DNA from: Candidatus Omnitrophota bacterium
Lineage (GTDB): Bacteria > Omnitrophota > Gorgyraeia > Zapsychrales > Zapsychraceae
Assembly: GCA_015233405.1 (NCBI GenBank)
Contig: JADFXT010000002.1
Coordinates: forward strand, 68,451-132,450
DNA length: 64,000 nt
Reading direction: 5' to 3'
Shown in pieces: positions 62,661 to 64,000 of the stretch. The notes under the pieces were generated by a model. That model had not been told where the DNA came from. It saw only the letters and a list, made by a program, of their open reading frames with translations, and did not search any database. The position numbers were made by a program, and so were the translations under genes. How positions within the stretch are numbered: the stretch's first letter is position 1; the number at the start of each line of letters is the position of its first letter.

Positions 62661-63023
62661 TTATTGATCCGGATAATCGATGGTCATCTGAAGTTTTCGC
62701 ACATCGCTGTTAGCGACTTGTTGAAGCCACCAAGTGACCTCAAAATTCCCTTCACTAGTATCGATTGTCTGGGTGTGTTCTATATTGACGGATAAAAGAC
62801 TGTCGGGGTCATTCCAAACTTGAGCATCGATGTAGCCGCGTAGGTCATCGATAATGCCTTTGCCTAGGTAGAGAGCTTTTAATTTTTTTGAAGATTGAAC
62901 TGCATGAGGTCTCAGACTTGTGATCGTTGTAAAAATACCAAAAGCAGCAATAATAAAGATAATTGAGGTCACAACAACCTCAATCATTGAAGCAAATCCG
63001 TTTTTCTTTAGAGATCGCAGCAT
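62661..63023 (-). CDS. minor pilin/pseudopilin (PilV/GspI-like)
   Basis: KNG|FASMIEVVVTSIIFIIAAFG is the prepilin N-terminus, with the Glu one position later than canonical. 120 aa. Confidence 0.6.
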   Translation of the reverse strand: MLRSLKKNGFASMIEVVVTSIIFIIAAFGIFTTITSLRPHAVQSSKKLKALYLGKGIIDDLRGYIDAQVWNDPDSLLSVNIEHTQTIDTSEGNFEVTWWLQQVANSDVRKLQMTIDYPDQ

Positions 63024-63048
63024 AATCTTTGATTCCTTTATTGCTCTA

Positions 63049-63555
63049 TTACCCCCAACATTGCCAGAACCATTCTGGAAAAACGTCTTCTGAACAGGGA
63101 GACAAGCTTGGACATGCCCCCCACCCCGACAAGCAACAAGGATTATTAGAATCGGTTGTTGTCTTAGAGCTTACGCCAATTTCATAGGAACCTGAGGAGT
63201 CGCTTTTCCATGCTCCTGCAACAAAAATTTTTCCAGAGTCATCATAATCGCCGCACTCATCACTTCCATCGCCATCATAATAATAATAATTAAATCCATT
63301 AGAAATAATATTAGTGTGAAAGACTTCATTTATTGCGGCAGTGCCTGATAGTTCGCCATGATAAGGATGGCCATTTTCGGACTCGTACAGTTCGGCCGCA
63401 GAGTGCAGAAGCTTGAGTTGCGCAATGGCATCTTTCTCATGGGCTTTCTCGACGGATTTTGTATAGCTTGGAATGGCAAAGGCCGCGATGATGCCGACAA
63501 TCGTAACGGTTATTATGACTTCAATAAGAGTGAAGCCTGCTAATTTATTTTTCAT
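63049..63555 (-). CDS. type IV pilin-like protein with Cys-rich C-terminus
   Basis: LAG|FTLIEVIITVTIVGIIAAFAIPSY is the prepilin N-terminus. The C-terminal 70 aa contain 6 Cys, including NNPCC. Confidence 0.75.
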   Translation of the reverse strand: MKNKLAGFTLIEVIITVTIVGIIAAFAIPSYTKSVEKAHEKDAIAQLKLLHSAAELYESENGHPYHGELSGTAAINEVFHTNIISNGFNYYYYDGDGSDECGDYDDSGKIFVAGAWKSDSSGSYEIGVSSKTTTDSNNPCCLSGWGACPSLSPCSEDVFPEWFWQCWG

Positions 63556-63980
63556 TGGCAGTTATTAGTAGAAGAAAGTAAACAGTCATAGTAACAGGGG
63601 TTATTATTACCGAGATCTTCGCTTCTGATGATGATTGTACAATTTGCCGCAGTTTTCGCTTGCGCTAAAAATTGAGAACCGCCTGATGAAGAAAAAGAAT
63701 AAGCTGTTCCATCCTTGGAAACAAGATTAATATGAAATGTGCTATTGATGGATGCAATGTCCGTTAAAGATATAGAAGGACTTTGTCCTGCCTGTGCTTT
63801 GTAAATGAGCGCTGCTGCGCGTAAGGCTGTGAGTTGGATAAGAGCGTCCCTCTCGTCTGCTTTTCGTACAGCTTTAGCGTAGTTTGGAAGGGCAAAAGCG
63901 GCAACAATGCCAATAATAATCACCGTTGCTATGAGTTCAATCATAGTAAAACCTTTTTTCTTGCCGTTTATTTTTGCCAT
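63552..63980 (-). CDS. type IV pilin-like protein
   Basis: KKG|FTMIELIATVIIIGIVAAFALPNY is the prepilin N-terminus. It is a paralogue of the preceding gene (AKAVRKADERDALIQL versus TKSVEKAHEKDAIAQL). The C-terminus has 4 Cys, including NNPCYYDC. Confidence 0.75.
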   Translation of the reverse strand: MAKINGKKKGFTMIELIATVIIIGIVAAFALPNYAKAVRKADERDALIQLTALRAAALIYKAQAGQSPSISLTDIASINSTFHINLVSKDGTAYSFSSSGGSQFLAQAKTAANCTIIIRSEDLGNNNPCYYDCLLSSTNNCQ

Positions 63981-64000
63981 GGTCTTTAATATCCGATTTT

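Noticed and set aside
1-64000. Alternative genetic code, CRISPR arrays, rRNA, and transposons or prophage
   Set aside because: TAG (for example at 686-688), TGA (the mfd stop at 43135-43137) and TAA (the hisD stop) all end well-supported genes at family-typical lengths, so I infer the standard bacterial code. I saw no spaced direct-repeat array, no rRNA-like sequence, and no transposase, integrase or phage structural genes on either strand.

Overview
This is an AT-rich bacterial chromosomal segment read in the standard genetic code: TAA, TAG and TGA all terminate well-supported genes. It is very tightly packed, and all but three genes (3-656, 28122-30542, 40043-40441) lie on the minus strand. 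I found no rRNA, CRISPR array, transposase, integrase or phage genes. Content from left to right: (1) 0.7-18.2 kb is one long minus-strand glycan operon. It holds six large polytopic GT-C-like membrane proteins, two methyltransferase-GT2 fusion proteins, an FkbM methyltransferase, a dTDP-deoxyhexose trio (rmlA, an NRS/ER-like epimerase/reductase, rmlB, with no rmlC) and a GT9 enzyme. (2) 18-28 kb is housekeeping: queH, nnrD, acpS, pdxJ, cdaA, folP, ftsH, tilS, a degenerate SNase-like secreted protein and a short TamB-like protein. (3) 28-34 kb holds a YfhO-like membrane protein, tRNA-Met(CAT), a Cys-rich miniprotein, a NupC-type transporter, an HTH-membrane anchor protein, a bactofilin-HTH fusion, an MgtC-like protein and tsaD. 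(4) 34-58 kb holds ctp, gatCAB (interrupted by a composite palindromic element), a thioesterase, a PilZ protein, and then a 17-gene gap-free array: recA-recX-alaS-hisDBHAFI-trpE-rpsP-yajC-secDF-mfd(short)-surA-pdxA-rsmA. (5) 58.7-64 kb is a type IV pilin/pseudopilin cluster of six genes, one frameshifted, with a TMTC-like GT-C/TPR protein embedded in it. SurA, the TamB-like protein, GT9 and the pilins indicate a diderm, probably uncultivated, lineage. I cannot assign taxonomy from sequence alone. The three candidates for something new are the GT-C-dominated glycan operon, which has no Wzx/Wzy/ABC/initiating transferase, the bactofilin-HTH plus HTH-TM pair, and the pilin cluster with its embedded GT-C/TPR protein. 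All calls come from reading the translated ORFs and the DNA by eye. No searches were run.
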